NCBI RefSeq assembly: GCF_016458305.1 | Contig: NZ_JAEMHL010000006.1 | Span: 212,484 to 276,483, forward strand | From: Geomonas anaerohicana | GTDB lineage: Bacteria; Desulfobacterota; Desulfuromonadia; Geobacterales; Geobacteraceae | Reading direction: 5' to 3' | DNA: 64,000 nucleotides | Shown: positions 1 through 9,280 of the stretch, in pieces | How positions within the stretch are numbered: position 1 is the stretch's first letter | Layout: each line of letters opens with the position of its first letter | Notes under the pieces: generated by a model | What the model saw: only the letters and a program-made list of their open reading frames with translations | Told to the model about the DNA's origin: nothing | Databases searched by the model: none | Translations under genes and position numbers: made by a program

Positions 1-635
1 TAGAAACTCTCTCCACTCTCGGAGACCAGCGCGATGCTGATCAACTGCGGGTAGTCGAAGTCGGTGAACTCGGTGTCCAGGAACAGCAGCATCGGTTCCC
101 CTGCGGCAAGTTCCGGCGAGATGGGGACCTGCTTCGCCTTCTGCGGTTTGCGCTTTTTCGCGTGGGCGGGGCAGAGGGTCTTGGCGAAGCCGTGGCCGAG
201 TTGCAGCGATCCCTGGGCCCCGCACTCGGAGCAGATGGCCGTTGCCTTGTGCTCAACGTCTTTGGCCAGTTCCTTGACGATCGAAGAGCGGGATCCGACC
301 CTCACGAAGAGGCCGCCGAGCCTCTCCTCCGCCTTGAAATGGCCGATCTTGGGCATGGCAAGGTGTTCCATGGCCTCGATGGCGGTGCAGAGGTCCCACA
401 CCAGCGGATACCAGCCGGGACCGCAGCGCACGCTGCCGGAGGGAGGGGTGAGGTAACGCGGGAAACGGGAGACCAGCTTCTCGAGCGCGATGTCCCCCTC
501 CGGTTTCACCCACTTTTCCCAGGAGAGGAACATCTTCTCTGTGGTCCGCTTGAAACGGACGATCAGGTCCACCACCTTCAATGCGAAGGCGAAGTAGCGC
601 TCTCTTAATATGACCAGTGTCTTGGGTGTTTTCAT
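1..635 (-). CDS. Hypothetical protein, 5'-partial. N-terminal ~180 aa carries a CxxC...C..H motif and a basic KKRKPQKAK tail; the C-terminal LLFLDTEFTDFD...LISIAL matches DEDD 3'-5' exonuclease motif I. ORF runs off the left edge.
   Basis: Hand reverse-complement translation from ATG at 635..633 shows no stop down to position 3 (MKTPKTLVILRERYF...AICSECGAQGSLQLGHGFAKTLCPAHAKKRKPQKAKQVPISPELAAGEPMLLFLDTEFTDFDYPQLISIALVSESGESF). It is absent from the ORF track, presumably because it lacks a stop in the window. Confidence 0.5.
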   Translation of the reverse strand, partial: MKTPKTLVILRERYFAFALKVVDLIVRFKRTTEKMFLSWEKWVKPEGDIALEKLVSRFPRYLTPPSGSVRCGPGWYPLVWDLCTAIEAMEHLAMPKIGHFKAEERLGGLFVRVGSRSSIVKELAKDVEHKATAICSECGAQGSLQLGHGFAKTLCPAHAKKRKPQKAKQVPISPELAAGEPMLLFLDTEFTDFDYPQLISIALVSESGESF

Positions 636-768
636 TAGCACAAGATTCTACCAGACTCCCCCTTCCTTGACACCTTTTCATCGTTATGTTACTAAGGTCG
701 GGCCAAAACTCGTTTCCCTGCAAGGGGATAGCCTACCCCACACCTCGCACGCCAATCAAAGGAGCCTC

Positions 769-2244
769 ATGTACTGCCCCGATTTCGCGACGTTCCAGAC
801 CCTGTCCGCACAAGGCAACCTGATCCCGGTCTACCGGGAAATCCTGGCCGACCTGGATACCCCTGTGGGGGCCTTCAAGAAGATCGACGACGGCCGCTTC
901 GGATTCCTGCTGGAGAGTATCGAGGGTGGCGAGAAATGGGGACGCTACACCTTCCTGGGCTCCTCCCCGGCGGTGGTCATCCGCGGCAAGGACAACTGGG
1001 TCGAGATCGTGGAGGGGGGCGAGGTGCGCCGCGTGGAGGTGTCGGATCCCTTGCACTACGTCCGGGACTACATGGCACGCTACCAACCGGTCGAGGTCGC
1101 GGGCATCCCGAGGTTCTTCGGCGGCGCGGTGGGGTACCTGGGTTACGACGCGGTGCGTCACTTCGAAACCCTGCCGGACCAGAACCCGAGCCTCATCAAC
1201 ACCTACGACGCCTACTTCATCATCACCGACACCATGGTCATCTTCGACAGCCTGAGCCAGAAGATCAAGGTGGTGTCCAACGCGCACCTGGACGGCAGCA
1301 CCACCCCCGAGGCCGCCTACGCCGAGGCGGTGGGCAAGATCGAGGGGCTGATCGAGCGCCTCAAGAAGCCGCTGCCGGCCGGCGAGAAAAAACCCGCGCA
1401 GGGGAAGGTGCAACTTACCTCCAACGTGAAGCGCGAGGAGTTCGAGTCGTGGGTGACCCGCGCCAAGGAGTACGTCAGAAGCGGCGACATCATCCAGGTG
1501 GTGCTCTCCCAGCGCTTCTCCGGTGATCTCACCGTGGACCCTTTCGATATCTACCGCGTGCTGCGGACTTTGAACCCGTCCCCGTACATGTTCTTCCTGC
1601 GCCTGGACGAGACCATGGTGGTGGGCGCCTCGCCGGAGGTCATGGTGCGTAAGGAGGGTGAGCTGGTCGAGTTGCGCCCCATCGCCGGCACCCGCCCGCG
1701 CGGGGCGACTCCCGCCGCCGACGAGGAACTGGCGCAGGACCTGTTGGCCGACCCCAAGGAGCGCGCCGAGCACGTCATGCTGGTCGATCTGGGCAGAAAC
1801 GACCTGGGGCGCGTCTGCGAGATCGGCAGCGTCAAGGTTTCCGAACTCATGGTGGTCGAGCGTTACTCGCACGTGATGCACATCGTTTCCAACGTGCAGG
1901 GGGAACTGGCGCCCGGGCACGACGCCTTCGACGTGGTGCGCGCAACCTTCCCGGCGGGGACCCTTTCCGGGGCCCCCAAGGTGAGGGCGATGGAGATCAT
2001 CGACGAACTGGAAGGGGTGCGGCGCGAGGTGTACGGCGGCGCGGTGGGATACTTCTCCTTCTCCGGCAACATGGACATGGCCATCGCCATCAGGACCCTG
2101 GTGATCAAGGACGGCAAGGTGCACCTGCAGGCCGGCGCCGGCATCGTGGCCGACTCCGACCCCGCTGCCGAGTACGTGGAGACCGTCAACAAGGCCAAGG
2201 CCGTTGTGAAGGCCATCGAAATGGCCGAGCGCGGGCTCGACTGA
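769..2244 (+). CDS. trpE: Anthranilate synthase component I (TrpE)
   Basis: Strong TrpE-like sequence (…LLESIEGGEKWGRYTF…, …GAVGYFSFSGNMDMAIAIRT…). Start chosen at ATG 769 (MYCPDF…) after RBS aaaggag at 757-763; the track ORF begins upstream at 610. Confidence 0.9.
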   Translation: MYCPDFATFQTLSAQGNLIPVYREILADLDTPVGAFKKIDDGRFGFLLESIEGGEKWGRYTFLGSSPAVVIRGKDNWVEIVEGGEVRRVEVSDPLHYVRDYMARYQPVEVAGIPRFFGGAVGYLGYDAVRHFETLPDQNPSLINTYDAYFIITDTMVIFDSLSQKIKVVSNAHLDGSTTPEAAYAEAVGKIEGLIERLKKPLPAGEKKPAQGKVQLTSNVKREEFESWVTRAKEYVRSGDIIQVVLSQRFSGDLTVDPFDIYRVLRTLNPSPYMFFLRLDETMVVGASPEVMVRKEGELVELRPIAGTRPRGATPAADEELAQDLLADPKERAEHVMLVDLGRNDLGRVCEIGSVKVSELMVVERYSHVMHIVSNVQGELAPGHDAFDVVRATFPAGTLSGAPKVRAMEIIDELEGVRREVYGGAVGYFSFSGNMDMAIAIRTLVIKDGKVHLQAGAGIVADSDPAAEYVETVNKAKAVVKAIEMAERGLD

Positions 2245-2287
2245 ACCGCGCTTTACCAAGTACCGCTAACAACATCGCCGTGATGAG

Positions 2288-2320
2288 GGCGCCCGGATTT
2301 TCCGGGCGCCCTTTTTGTTG
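2288..2320 (+). terminator. Rho-independent terminator after trpE (gggcgcccggattttccgggcgccc + tttttgttg)
   Basis: Perfect 10-bp GC stem, 5-nt loop, T-run. Confidence 0.8.
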
Positions 2321-2596
2321 CTCTGTCTTCTCTTTACCTCTCCCCCCCCGTGTACTCATAGAACCATTCCAATGCAAACAACCGTCGTTTTTATGGCTAG
2401 TTTGTCCTCAATGTAGATCGTACCTACTGTCAGTGAAGGACATGATATCCAAAATGCAATGCATTGTTGGTTAAATTTAATTTTAAAATGTCTATCAAGA
2501 AACAGACTAACGGCAAAAATATTGTAAAATTTTCCCGATCAAATGTTTGATCCCACTCGATGCAAGAGCATGGAGGCCTTGGTTTGATGAATTGCT

Positions 2597-4681
2597 ATGA
2601 GAGCTTTTCTGGAACAAAGAGCAGGAGCTGAGAGAATGGCCTCGTCTAGTCCCATCAAGAAGATCCTCGTTGTTGAGGACGATGATGCCCACGCGGAGTT
2701 GATCCGGCGGGGATTCAGCGACCTGTCCGGCCAGTACGAGTTGACCGTCGCCGCCACGGTCAAGGAGGCGGTGGACCGCATCCGCAGCAGGAATTACGAC
2801 ATCGTGCTCACCGACTACCTCCTGCCCGACGGCAAAGGCGGCGACCTGGTGGCGCAGTCGGCCGGTATTGCGCCGGTAGTGATGATGACCTCGCACGGCA
2901 ACGAGCAGGTCGCGGTTGAAGTGATGAAATCCGGCGCCATCGACTACGTCGTGAAGATGCCCGAGATCTTCGACGCCATGCCGCGCATCGTGGAACGCGC
3001 CCTGCGGGAGTGGGACCACATGCTCGAGCACAAGCGGGCGGAGGAGGCGCTCAAGCTGCAAAGCCACCGGCTCGAACACGAGGTGGCCGAGCGCCAGTTG
3101 GCCCAGGAGGCCCTCCTGGAACAGGCGCAGCTGTTGAAAAAGGAGATAGCCGAGCGCCAGTTGGCCCAGGAAACCTTGCGCCTGAGCGAGGAGAAATTCC
3201 ACAAGGCGTTCGACAGCGCGCCACTCATCATGGTGATCACCGACATCGAAGAGGGCATATTCCTCGATGTGAACCGCAAGTTCGTGGAGCTTTCGGGCTA
3301 CAACCGCGATGAAGTGCTGGGGCGCACCTCCACTTCGCTGGGGTGGATCAACCCCGTCGACCGGAAGGCGCTGCTCGACAAGCTCGAAGAGGAAGGACGC
3401 GTGGCCGGGACCGTGGTGACCCTGCACGCGAAGGACGGCAGGACCCTGAAGGGGGAATACTACTGCCAGCGGATCACCGTGGACGGGTGCGAGCGCCTGC
3501 TGGCCATAGCCCTCGACATCACCGAGAGGATGAAGCTCGAAGAACAGTTGCGCCACTCGCAAAAGCTCGAGGCGGTAGGCGTGCTGGCTGGCGGGGTCGC
3601 CCACGACTTCAACAACATACTCACCGTCATCGGCGGCTATTGCGAACTGCTCAAACTGGACCTCCCCGAGGACAACCCCGCCCGCGACAAAGTCATGCAG
3701 ATCTCGGCGGCCGCGGACCGGGCCGCCAACCTGACCCGCAGCCTGCTCGCCTTCAGCCGCAAGGGCGAGGTGAAGGCCGCTCCAGCCAACCTCAACGACA
3801 TCGTCAAGGGGGTCGAGAAGTTCCTGCAGCGGATCATCGGCGAAGATGTCGCCCTGACCACCTCATTCGGCGAGGGGGCACTATGGGCCGTGGTGGACAG
3901 CGGGCAGATCGAACAGGTGCTGATGAACCTGGCGGCGAACGCCCGCGACGCCATGCCCAAGGGGGGGAGGCTCTTCGTGGAGACCGAGCGCCAAGAGATC
4001 GACGCCGCCTTCGTGCACGCCCACGGCTTCGGCATCCCCGGTCAGTACGCCCTGCTTACCATCTCCGATACCGGCCAGGGGATGGACGAGGGCACCCGCA
4101 AGAAGATCTTCGATCCCTTCTTCACCACCAAGGTGGTGGGCAAGGGGACCGGGCTTGGCCTTGCCATCGTCTACGGCATCATCGCCCAGCACAAGGGGTT
4201 CGTGAACGTCTACAGCGAGCCCGGCATCGGCACTACCTTTAGGATCTACCTTCCCGCCATCAACGCCGCGGAACCGGAAAAAAGCGTTCAGGCAGCGGAA
4301 CCGGAGGTGCGCGGCACCGAGACCATTCTGGTTGCGGAGGACGATCTGCACGTCCTCGACCTGGTTTCCTCCATCCTCAAGCAGTACGGCTACTCCATCA
4401 TCCATGCCGCCAACGGGCTGGAGGCGGTGCAGCGCTTCAAGGAAAACCCGGACATAAAACTAGTGCTCATGGATATCATCATGCCGGTCATGAATGGTAA
4501 GGAAGCCGCCGAGACCATCCTTGAAGACCAGCCCGATGCCAGGATTCTCTTTACCAGCGGCTACACGGCCGACATCATCCGCAGCAGAAGCGACCTGGAG
4601 GAAGGGGCCGAGCTGGTCATGAAGCCGGTAAAACCGATGGTGCTGCTGAAGAAGGTGCGGGAGATGCTGGACCGGGAGTGA
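2597..4681 (+). CDS. Hybrid sensor histidine kinase: N-terminal REC, coiled coil with duplicated heptad block, PAS, HisKA (H in GVAHDFNN), HATPase_c, C-terminal REC
   Basis: Receiver motifs (VVEDDD…D…K), HK H-box, and N/G-box (…[10 protein letters not shown]…, …GTGLGLAIV…). Alternative start ATG 2636 (MASSSP) sits behind an aggag RBS. Confidence 0.85.
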   Translation: MRAFLEQRAGAERMASSSPIKKILVVEDDDAHAELIRRGFSDLSGQYELTVAATVKEAVDRIRSRNYDIVLTDYLLPDGKGGDLVAQSAGIAPVVMMTSHGNEQVAVEVMKSGAIDYVVKMPEIFDAMPRIVERALREWDHMLEHKRAEEALKLQSHRLEHEVAERQLAQEALLEQAQLLKKEIAERQLAQETLRLSEEKFHKAFDSAPLIMVITDIEEGIFLDVNRKFVELSGYNRDEVLGRTSTSLGWINPVDRKALLDKLEEEGRVAGTVVTLHAKDGRTLKGEYYCQRITVDGCERLLAIALDITERMKLEEQLRHSQKLEAVGVLAGGVAHDFNNILTVIGGYCELLKLDLPEDNPARDKVMQISAAADRAANLTRSLLAFSRKGEVKAAPANLNDIVKGVEKFLQRIIGEDVALTTSFGEGALWAVVDSGQIEQVLMNLAANARDAMPKGGRLFVETERQEIDAAFVHAHGFGIPGQYALLTISDTGQGMDEGTRKKIFDPFFTTKVVGKGTGLGLAIVYGIIAQHKGFVNVYSEPGIGTTFRIYLPAINAAEPEKSVQAAEPEVRGTETILVAEDDLHVLDLVSSILKQYGYSIIHAANGLEAVQRFKENPDIKLVLMDIIMPVMNGKEAAETILEDQPDARILFTSGYTADIIRSRSDLEEGAELVMKPVKPMVLLKKVREMLDRE

Positions 4682-4814
4682 AGCAGATAAAGATGGAGTG
4701 AAGCAGATAAATATTGGGACAAAGATTAAGGGCACGATTTTTCTAAGTCCTAGTCCTAGTCTTAATCTCAGTCTTAGTCTAAGTCTTAGTCTGCCCTCTA
4801 AAGAGGTTGCTGGC

Positions 4815-6701
4815 ATGGTCACGCAGGTTCACAAAATTCGGCGCTTTGCCTTGGTCCTGGTCCTGTTCTGGAGCGCAGGCATCGCCTTCTCCTTTTACTG
4901 GTTCTACCGGGGCGAGCAGCAAACGGTGCTGGCCATCGGCCGCGCCGAGGCGCGCGCCACCTTCGAGAAAGATACGCTGTACCGGCGCTGGGCGACCCGG
5001 CATGGCGGCGTCTATGTTCCCGCATCGCAGCTGAGCCCTCCCAACCCGTACCTGAAGCGCATTCCGGAGCGGGACGTCACCACAGCCTCCGGAAAGGCGC
5101 TGACGCTGGTCAATCCGGCGTATATGACCCGGCAGGTGTTCGAACTCGCCGACAGCCAGCACAACCTGGTACGCGGTCACATCACCAGTCTCAAACCGAT
5201 CCGGCCCGAAAATAAACCCGATCCGTGGGAAGCCCAGGCCCTAAAGCGGTTTGAAAGCGGGGTGAAAGAGGTGAGCGAGGTCCAGGTCATGGACGGCCGC
5301 CCTTACATGCGGCTGATGCGCCCGTTTGTCACCGAGCCTCCCTGTCTGAAGTGTCACGCCGCCCAGGGATATCGCGTCGGCGACATCCGGGGCGGGGTTA
5401 GCGCTTCGGTGCCACTGGACATCGATTCAGCCGTGATGGATGACGTCATCACCGGTGCGGCGGTAAGCCACGGCTTTATCTGGCTGCTGGGAGTCGGGCT
5501 CATTGGTACCGGCGCGCGCGTTCTCGGCCGCAGCGCACGCGCCATCGAGGAGCGCGAGGACCGTTACCGCACCGTGGCGGACTACACGGAGGGGTGGGAA
5601 TACTGGCAGGGACCGGATCATTCTTTCCGGTACGTCTCTCCCTCCTGTCTTGAGCTTTCCGGCTACAGCCGGGAGGAGTTTTACGCAGATCCCGAGCTTT
5701 TGCACCGCATCGTGCACCCGGAAGACCGGGCGTACTACGAGAGCCACGTCCGGGACTCTTTTCACGGCACCCCAAGGCCGATCGATTTCCGCATTGTCCG
5801 AAAGGATGGCGAGGTTCGCTGGATCGCCCATATCTGCCGGCTGGTATATACCGCCAGCGGCGCCGAGAACGGCATCCGGGGCAGCAACCGCGACATCACC
5901 GACCGAAAACTTGCCAACCAGGCCCTGCGCGAGCAGGCGGTGCTCCTCGAGAAGGAAGTGCGCGAGCGCATGGAACGCGAGACAGAGCTGGAGGCGAAGA
6001 ACGCGGAATTGGAACGTTTCACCTACACCGTATCCCACGACCTGAAAAGCCCGCTCATCACCATCAAGGGGTTTGCCGGTGCGGTGCTCAAGGACATCGA
6101 AGGGGGCAACCTGCAGCGGCTGGACGGCGACGTGCGCCGCATCATGGGAGCCGCCGACAAGATGTCGTCTCTTTTGAGCGATCTGCTGGAACTCTCCCGC
6201 ATCGGCCGCATCGTCAACGCACCGTCGCTGATCGACATGAACATGCTGGCCAAAGACGTGCTCGGCCAGCTTTCCGGTCCTATCCAGCAGGCCGGTGTGG
6301 AGGTGTCGCTACAGCCGGGTCTTGCCACGGTGTGGGGGGATCAGCCTCGCATCGGCGAGGTGCTGCAGAACCTGGTGGAAAACGCCATCAAGTACAAGGG
6401 TGAGCAGCAACAGCCTCGCATCGAGATCGGCATGCGCCAGGACGCGGATAGGGCGGTTTTCACGGTGCGCGACAACGGTATCGGGGTCCCAGCGCAGTAC
6501 CAGGAGACCATCTTCGGTTTGTTCAACCAGTTGGACGCCCGTTCCGATGGGACCGGAATCGGTCTGGCACTGGCGCGGCGTATCGTGGAATTCCACGGCG
6601 GCAAACTTTGGGTCGAGTCCGAGGGGATAAGGCAGGGGAGTACCTTCTGTTTCACGCTGGGCACCCGGCCACCCGAAACGGTTCAAATCGAACAGGGATA
6701 A
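4815..6701 (+). CDS. Sensor histidine kinase with periplasmic c-type-heme (CXXCH) sensor domain (DUF3365-like), a second TM segment, PAS, HisKA (SHDLKSPL), HATPase_c
   Basis: CLKCH motif in the predicted periplasmic loop between two hydrophobic segments; HK motifs follow. Start chosen at ATG 4815 behind RBS aagagg; the track ORF (4698) extends upstream through a hexamer repeat. Confidence 0.8.
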   Translation: MVTQVHKIRRFALVLVLFWSAGIAFSFYWFYRGEQQTVLAIGRAEARATFEKDTLYRRWATRHGGVYVPASQLSPPNPYLKRIPERDVTTASGKALTLVNPAYMTRQVFELADSQHNLVRGHITSLKPIRPENKPDPWEAQALKRFESGVKEVSEVQVMDGRPYMRLMRPFVTEPPCLKCHAAQGYRVGDIRGGVSASVPLDIDSAVMDDVITGAAVSHGFIWLLGVGLIGTGARVLGRSARAIEEREDRYRTVADYTEGWEYWQGPDHSFRYVSPSCLELSGYSREEFYADPELLHRIVHPEDRAYYESHVRDSFHGTPRPIDFRIVRKDGEVRWIAHICRLVYTASGAENGIRGSNRDITDRKLANQALREQAVLLEKEVRERMERETELEAKNAELERFTYTVSHDLKSPLITIKGFAGAVLKDIEGGNLQRLDGDVRRIMGAADKMSSLLSDLLELSRIGRIVNAPSLIDMNMLAKDVLGQLSGPIQQAGVEVSLQPGLATVWGDQPRIGEVLQNLVENAIKYKGEQQQPRIEIGMRQDADRAVFTVRDNGIGVPAQYQETIFGLFNQLDARSDGTGIGLALARRIVEFHGGKLWVESEGIRQGSTFCFTLGTRPPETVQIEQG

Positions 6702-6775
6702 AAGGGATAAAAGGGATAACGACCTTTTATCGCTTTGTTTTAACCATCCCTTTTATCCGCAGTTATCCCTGTTAA
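6694..6775 (+). terminator. Complex inverted-repeat/terminator region after the heme-sensor kinase (cagggataaaagggataaaagggataa … ttatccctg)
   Basis: 3x GGGATAAAA direct repeat plus matching inverted copies CCCTTTTATCC / TTATCCCTG. Confidence 0.5.
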
Positions 6776-6816
6776 ACGCTTTTTGGGTGTTTGATTTGGC
6801 TTGAAAGGAGTGAACC

Positions 6817-7263
6817 ATGATAGAAGGCGAACCACTGTGCATCCTGCTGGTCGAGGACAACCCTGATCACGCCGAACTGGCGATCCGCAACCTGACCGAT
6901 GCCGGGCTGGTCAACCACCTGTTCCACGTCGAGGACGGCGAGGCTGCCCTGGATTACCTCAACAACCGCGGCCGTTTCGCGGACCAAAGCGCCTACCCGC
7001 GCCCGCACCTGGTGCTGCTCGACCTGCGCCTGCCCAAGGTGGACGGTATCGAAGTTCTCAAACAGGTGAAGGCATCGGATCAACTGAAGGCCATCCCAGT
7101 CGTGATTCTGACCACCTCTGCCGCCGAGCGCGATCTAGCCCAGGCCTACAACCACTACGCCAACAGCTACCTCACCAAGCCCGTCGATTTCGACTCCTTC
7201 AGCAACCTGCTGCGTGACCTCGGCTTCTACTGGCTTGCCTGGAACAGGCGCCCCACGAGCTAG
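6817..7263 (+). CDS. Single-domain response regulator (CheY-like receiver)
   Basis: [12 protein letters not shown]…[11 protein letters not shown]…SYLTKP receiver motifs; RBS aaaggagtg upstream. Confidence 0.85.
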   Translation: MIEGEPLCILLVEDNPDHAELAIRNLTDAGLVNHLFHVEDGEAALDYLNNRGRFADQSAYPRPHLVLLDLRLPKVDGIEVLKQVKASDQLKAIPVVILTTSAAERDLAQAYNHYANSYLTKPVDFDSFSNLLRDLGFYWLAWNRRPTS

Positions 7264-7496
7264 CCTCGGTAAATAATCTTTTAGGGAGGGTAAATATTCC
7301 CTCCCCTGCCACTGGGGTAATGGCGTTTTTGCCCCCGACGGCCTGTTTATCTCCTCTCTTTTTGCGCTTTTCCTGTCGGATTTTCTTGAGTTTTTGCCGC
7401 AAAACCTATATATTTCCTCCTTTCCAATTAACAGCAAACGGGTGGGGTTCGAGTCGCTTTTCGCGCCATCCGCCCGTTGCCAGCGGGTTGCCAGCT

Positions 7497-8069
7497 ATGC
7501 TCCTGATGATCGACAATTACGACTCCTTTACCTACAACATCGTCCAGTACCTTGGCGAGTTGGGTGAGGAGGTGAAGGTTCACCGCAACGACAAGATCAG
7601 CATCGCCCAGATCGAGGCGCTTGCGCCTGATCGCATCGTGATCTCCCCCGGTCCCTGCTCACCTGCTGAGGCAGGCATCTCGGTCGAGGTGATTCGCCAC
7701 TTCGCCGGCAAGATTCCGATCCTTGGTGTTTGCCTCGGCCACCAGTCCATCGGTTACGCCTTCGGCGGCAACATCATCAAGAGCGCCACGCTGATGCACG
7801 GCAAAACATCGCCGATCCTGCACGACGGCAAGGGGCTTTTCGAGGGGCTCCCCAACCCGTTCGCTGCGACCCGCTACCACTCCCTGATCGTGGAGCGCGA
7901 CACGCTGCCGGCCGAGCTGGAGATCACCGCCTGGGTCGCCGAGGGTGAGATCATGGGGATGCGCCACCGCACGCTGCCGATTTGGGGGGTGCAGTTCCAT
8001 CCCGAGTCCATCCTCACCGAGGGCGGCATGGATCTCTTGCGCAACTTCTTGAAAATGTCCAGGCTGTAA
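7497..8069 (+). CDS. trpG: Anthranilate synthase component II / glutamine amidotransferase (TrpG/PabA)
   Basis: [19 protein letters not shown]…GVCLGHQ…HPES class-I GATase motifs. Start at ATG 7497; the track ORF from 7320 is an upstream extension. Confidence 0.9.
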   Translation: MLLMIDNYDSFTYNIVQYLGELGEEVKVHRNDKISIAQIEALAPDRIVISPGPCSPAEAGISVEVIRHFAGKIPILGVCLGHQSIGYAFGGNIIKSATLMHGKTSPILHDGKGLFEGLPNPFAATRYHSLIVERDTLPAELEITAWVAEGEIMGMRHRTLPIWGVQFHPESILTEGGMDLLRNFLKMSRL

Positions 8070-8094
8070 ACCCGGAACACAGATGTCACTGAGG

Positions 8095-8200
8095 TCCACA
8101 GAGGTCTCAGAGGGAAAATCCTCAAGGTTTTACTCTGTGTACCTCTGAGCACCTCTGAGTCCTCTGTGGTGAGCTTTTAGCTTTTTGTGTCTTTGAATTC
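8095..8200 (+). repeat. Imperfect inverted repeat/hairpin between trpG and trpD (…ccacagaggtctcagagg … cctctgagcacctctgagtcctctgtgg…), followed by a T-rich stretch
   Basis: Reverse-complementary arms of CCTCTGAG/CCTCTGTGG units seen directly. Confidence 0.5.
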
Positions 8201-8218
8201 CGTTTGGAAGGAGCTGCT

Positions 8219-9277
8219 ATGATTCGTAGGGCCATTGCACGTGTTGTGGAGCGGGAGAATCTCAGCGAGGCCGATATGATCGAGGTCATGGACCAGATCA
8301 TGTCCGGCGGGGCCACCCCGGCCCAGATCGCGGCCTTCATCACCGCTCTCAGGATGAAAGGCGAGACAGTCGACGAGATTACCGGCGCAGCGCGGGTCAT
8401 GCGCGACCGGGCCCTTCCCATCCGGGTCGGGAAGAGCGTCCTCGGCATCGACCGCGACGACATCAACCTCGACCGTGAGACCATCCTCGACACCTGCGGC
8501 ACCGGCGGTTCCGGCACCAACTCCTTCAATATCTCCACTACCGTCGCCTTCATCGTTTCCGCCTGCGGCGTCAAGGTCGCCAAGCACGGCAACCGTGCCG
8601 TATCCTCCTCCTGCGGCTCCGCCGACGTTCTCGAGGCGCTGGGCGTCAACCTCGACGTGACCCCGGAAACGGTGGAACGCTGCATCTCCGAGATCGGCAT
8701 CGGCTTCCTGTTCGCCCCCGCGCTGCATGGTGCCATGAAGCACGCCATCGGACCCCGCCGCGAGATCGGCGTCCGTACCATCTTCAACATCCTGGGGCCG
8801 CTCACCAATCCTGCCAACGCCGATTGTCAGGTGCTCGGCGTCTACCGGGAGGAACTGGTCGAGAAGCTGGCCCTGGTCCTCAAAAAGCTCGGCTGCCGCC
8901 GCGGCTACGTGGTGCACGGCAGCGACGGTATGGACGAGGTAACCCTGACCGGCGAGAGCACCATCGGTGAGGTCGGCCCCGACGGCGTCAAGGTCTACAA
9001 GATCACCCCGGAGCAGTTCGGCCTGGAGCGTGCCCCGCTCACCGAACTGCACGGCGGCGACGCCCAGGGCAATGCCGTCATCGTTAGGGATATCCTGGCC
9101 GGCAAGGATGGAGCCAAGCGCCGTATCGTCCTGCTGAACGCCGCCTTCGCCCTGGTGGCCACCGGCAAGGTTGTCAGCGTAGAAGAGGGGATCCGGCTCG
9201 CTGCCGAAACCATCGATTCCGGGCGCGGGCTGGAACAACTGGAGCGGCTGGTAGCGCTCACCAACGAGGTTCAATAG
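8219..9277 (+). CDS. trpD: Anthranilate phosphoribosyltransferase (TrpD)
   Basis: …[18 protein letters not shown]…KHGNRAVSS… motifs; start ATG 8219 behind RBS ggaaggag. Confidence 0.9.
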   Translation: MIRRAIARVVERENLSEADMIEVMDQIMSGGATPAQIAAFITALRMKGETVDEITGAARVMRDRALPIRVGKSVLGIDRDDINLDRETILDTCGTGGSGTNSFNISTTVAFIVSACGVKVAKHGNRAVSSSCGSADVLEALGVNLDVTPETVERCISEIGIGFLFAPALHGAMKHAIGPRREIGVRTIFNILGPLTNPANADCQVLGVYREELVEKLALVLKKLGCRRGYVVHGSDGMDEVTLTGESTIGEVGPDGVKVYKITPEQFGLERAPLTELHGGDAQGNAVIVRDILAGKDGAKRRIVLLNAAFALVATGKVVSVEEGIRLAAETIDSGRGLEQLERLVALTNEVQ

Positions 9278-9280
9278 CAG

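Noticed and set aside
610-768. Track ORFs with long N-terminal extensions (trpE from 610, trpG from 7320, trpD 8204, serA 12476, Fe-ADH 39263, thrS 45394, mucR-like 58185, HK2 4698)
   Set aside because: Homology and RBS positions indicate internal starts. The extensions run through intergenic or repeat DNA and lack RBS or homology.
733-2259. Long antisense ORFs opposite real genes (733..2259-, 2507..3604-, 8177..9274-, 10810..12396-, 12371..13951-, 14262..15371+, 16388..17701+, 35450..36154-, 40658..42169-, 49863..52310-, 60366..62192-, among others)
   Set aside because: These are shadow ORFs typical of a ~60% GC genome. Products are low-complexity and R/G/P/A-rich with no motifs, and each overlaps a well-supported gene on the other strand.
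7264-7496. Possible trp leader peptide or attenuator upstream of trpG
   Set aside because: No short ORF with tandem Trp codons. The only hairpin (gggagggtaaatattccctccc) lacks a following U-tract. It may simply be a stem after the receiver gene.
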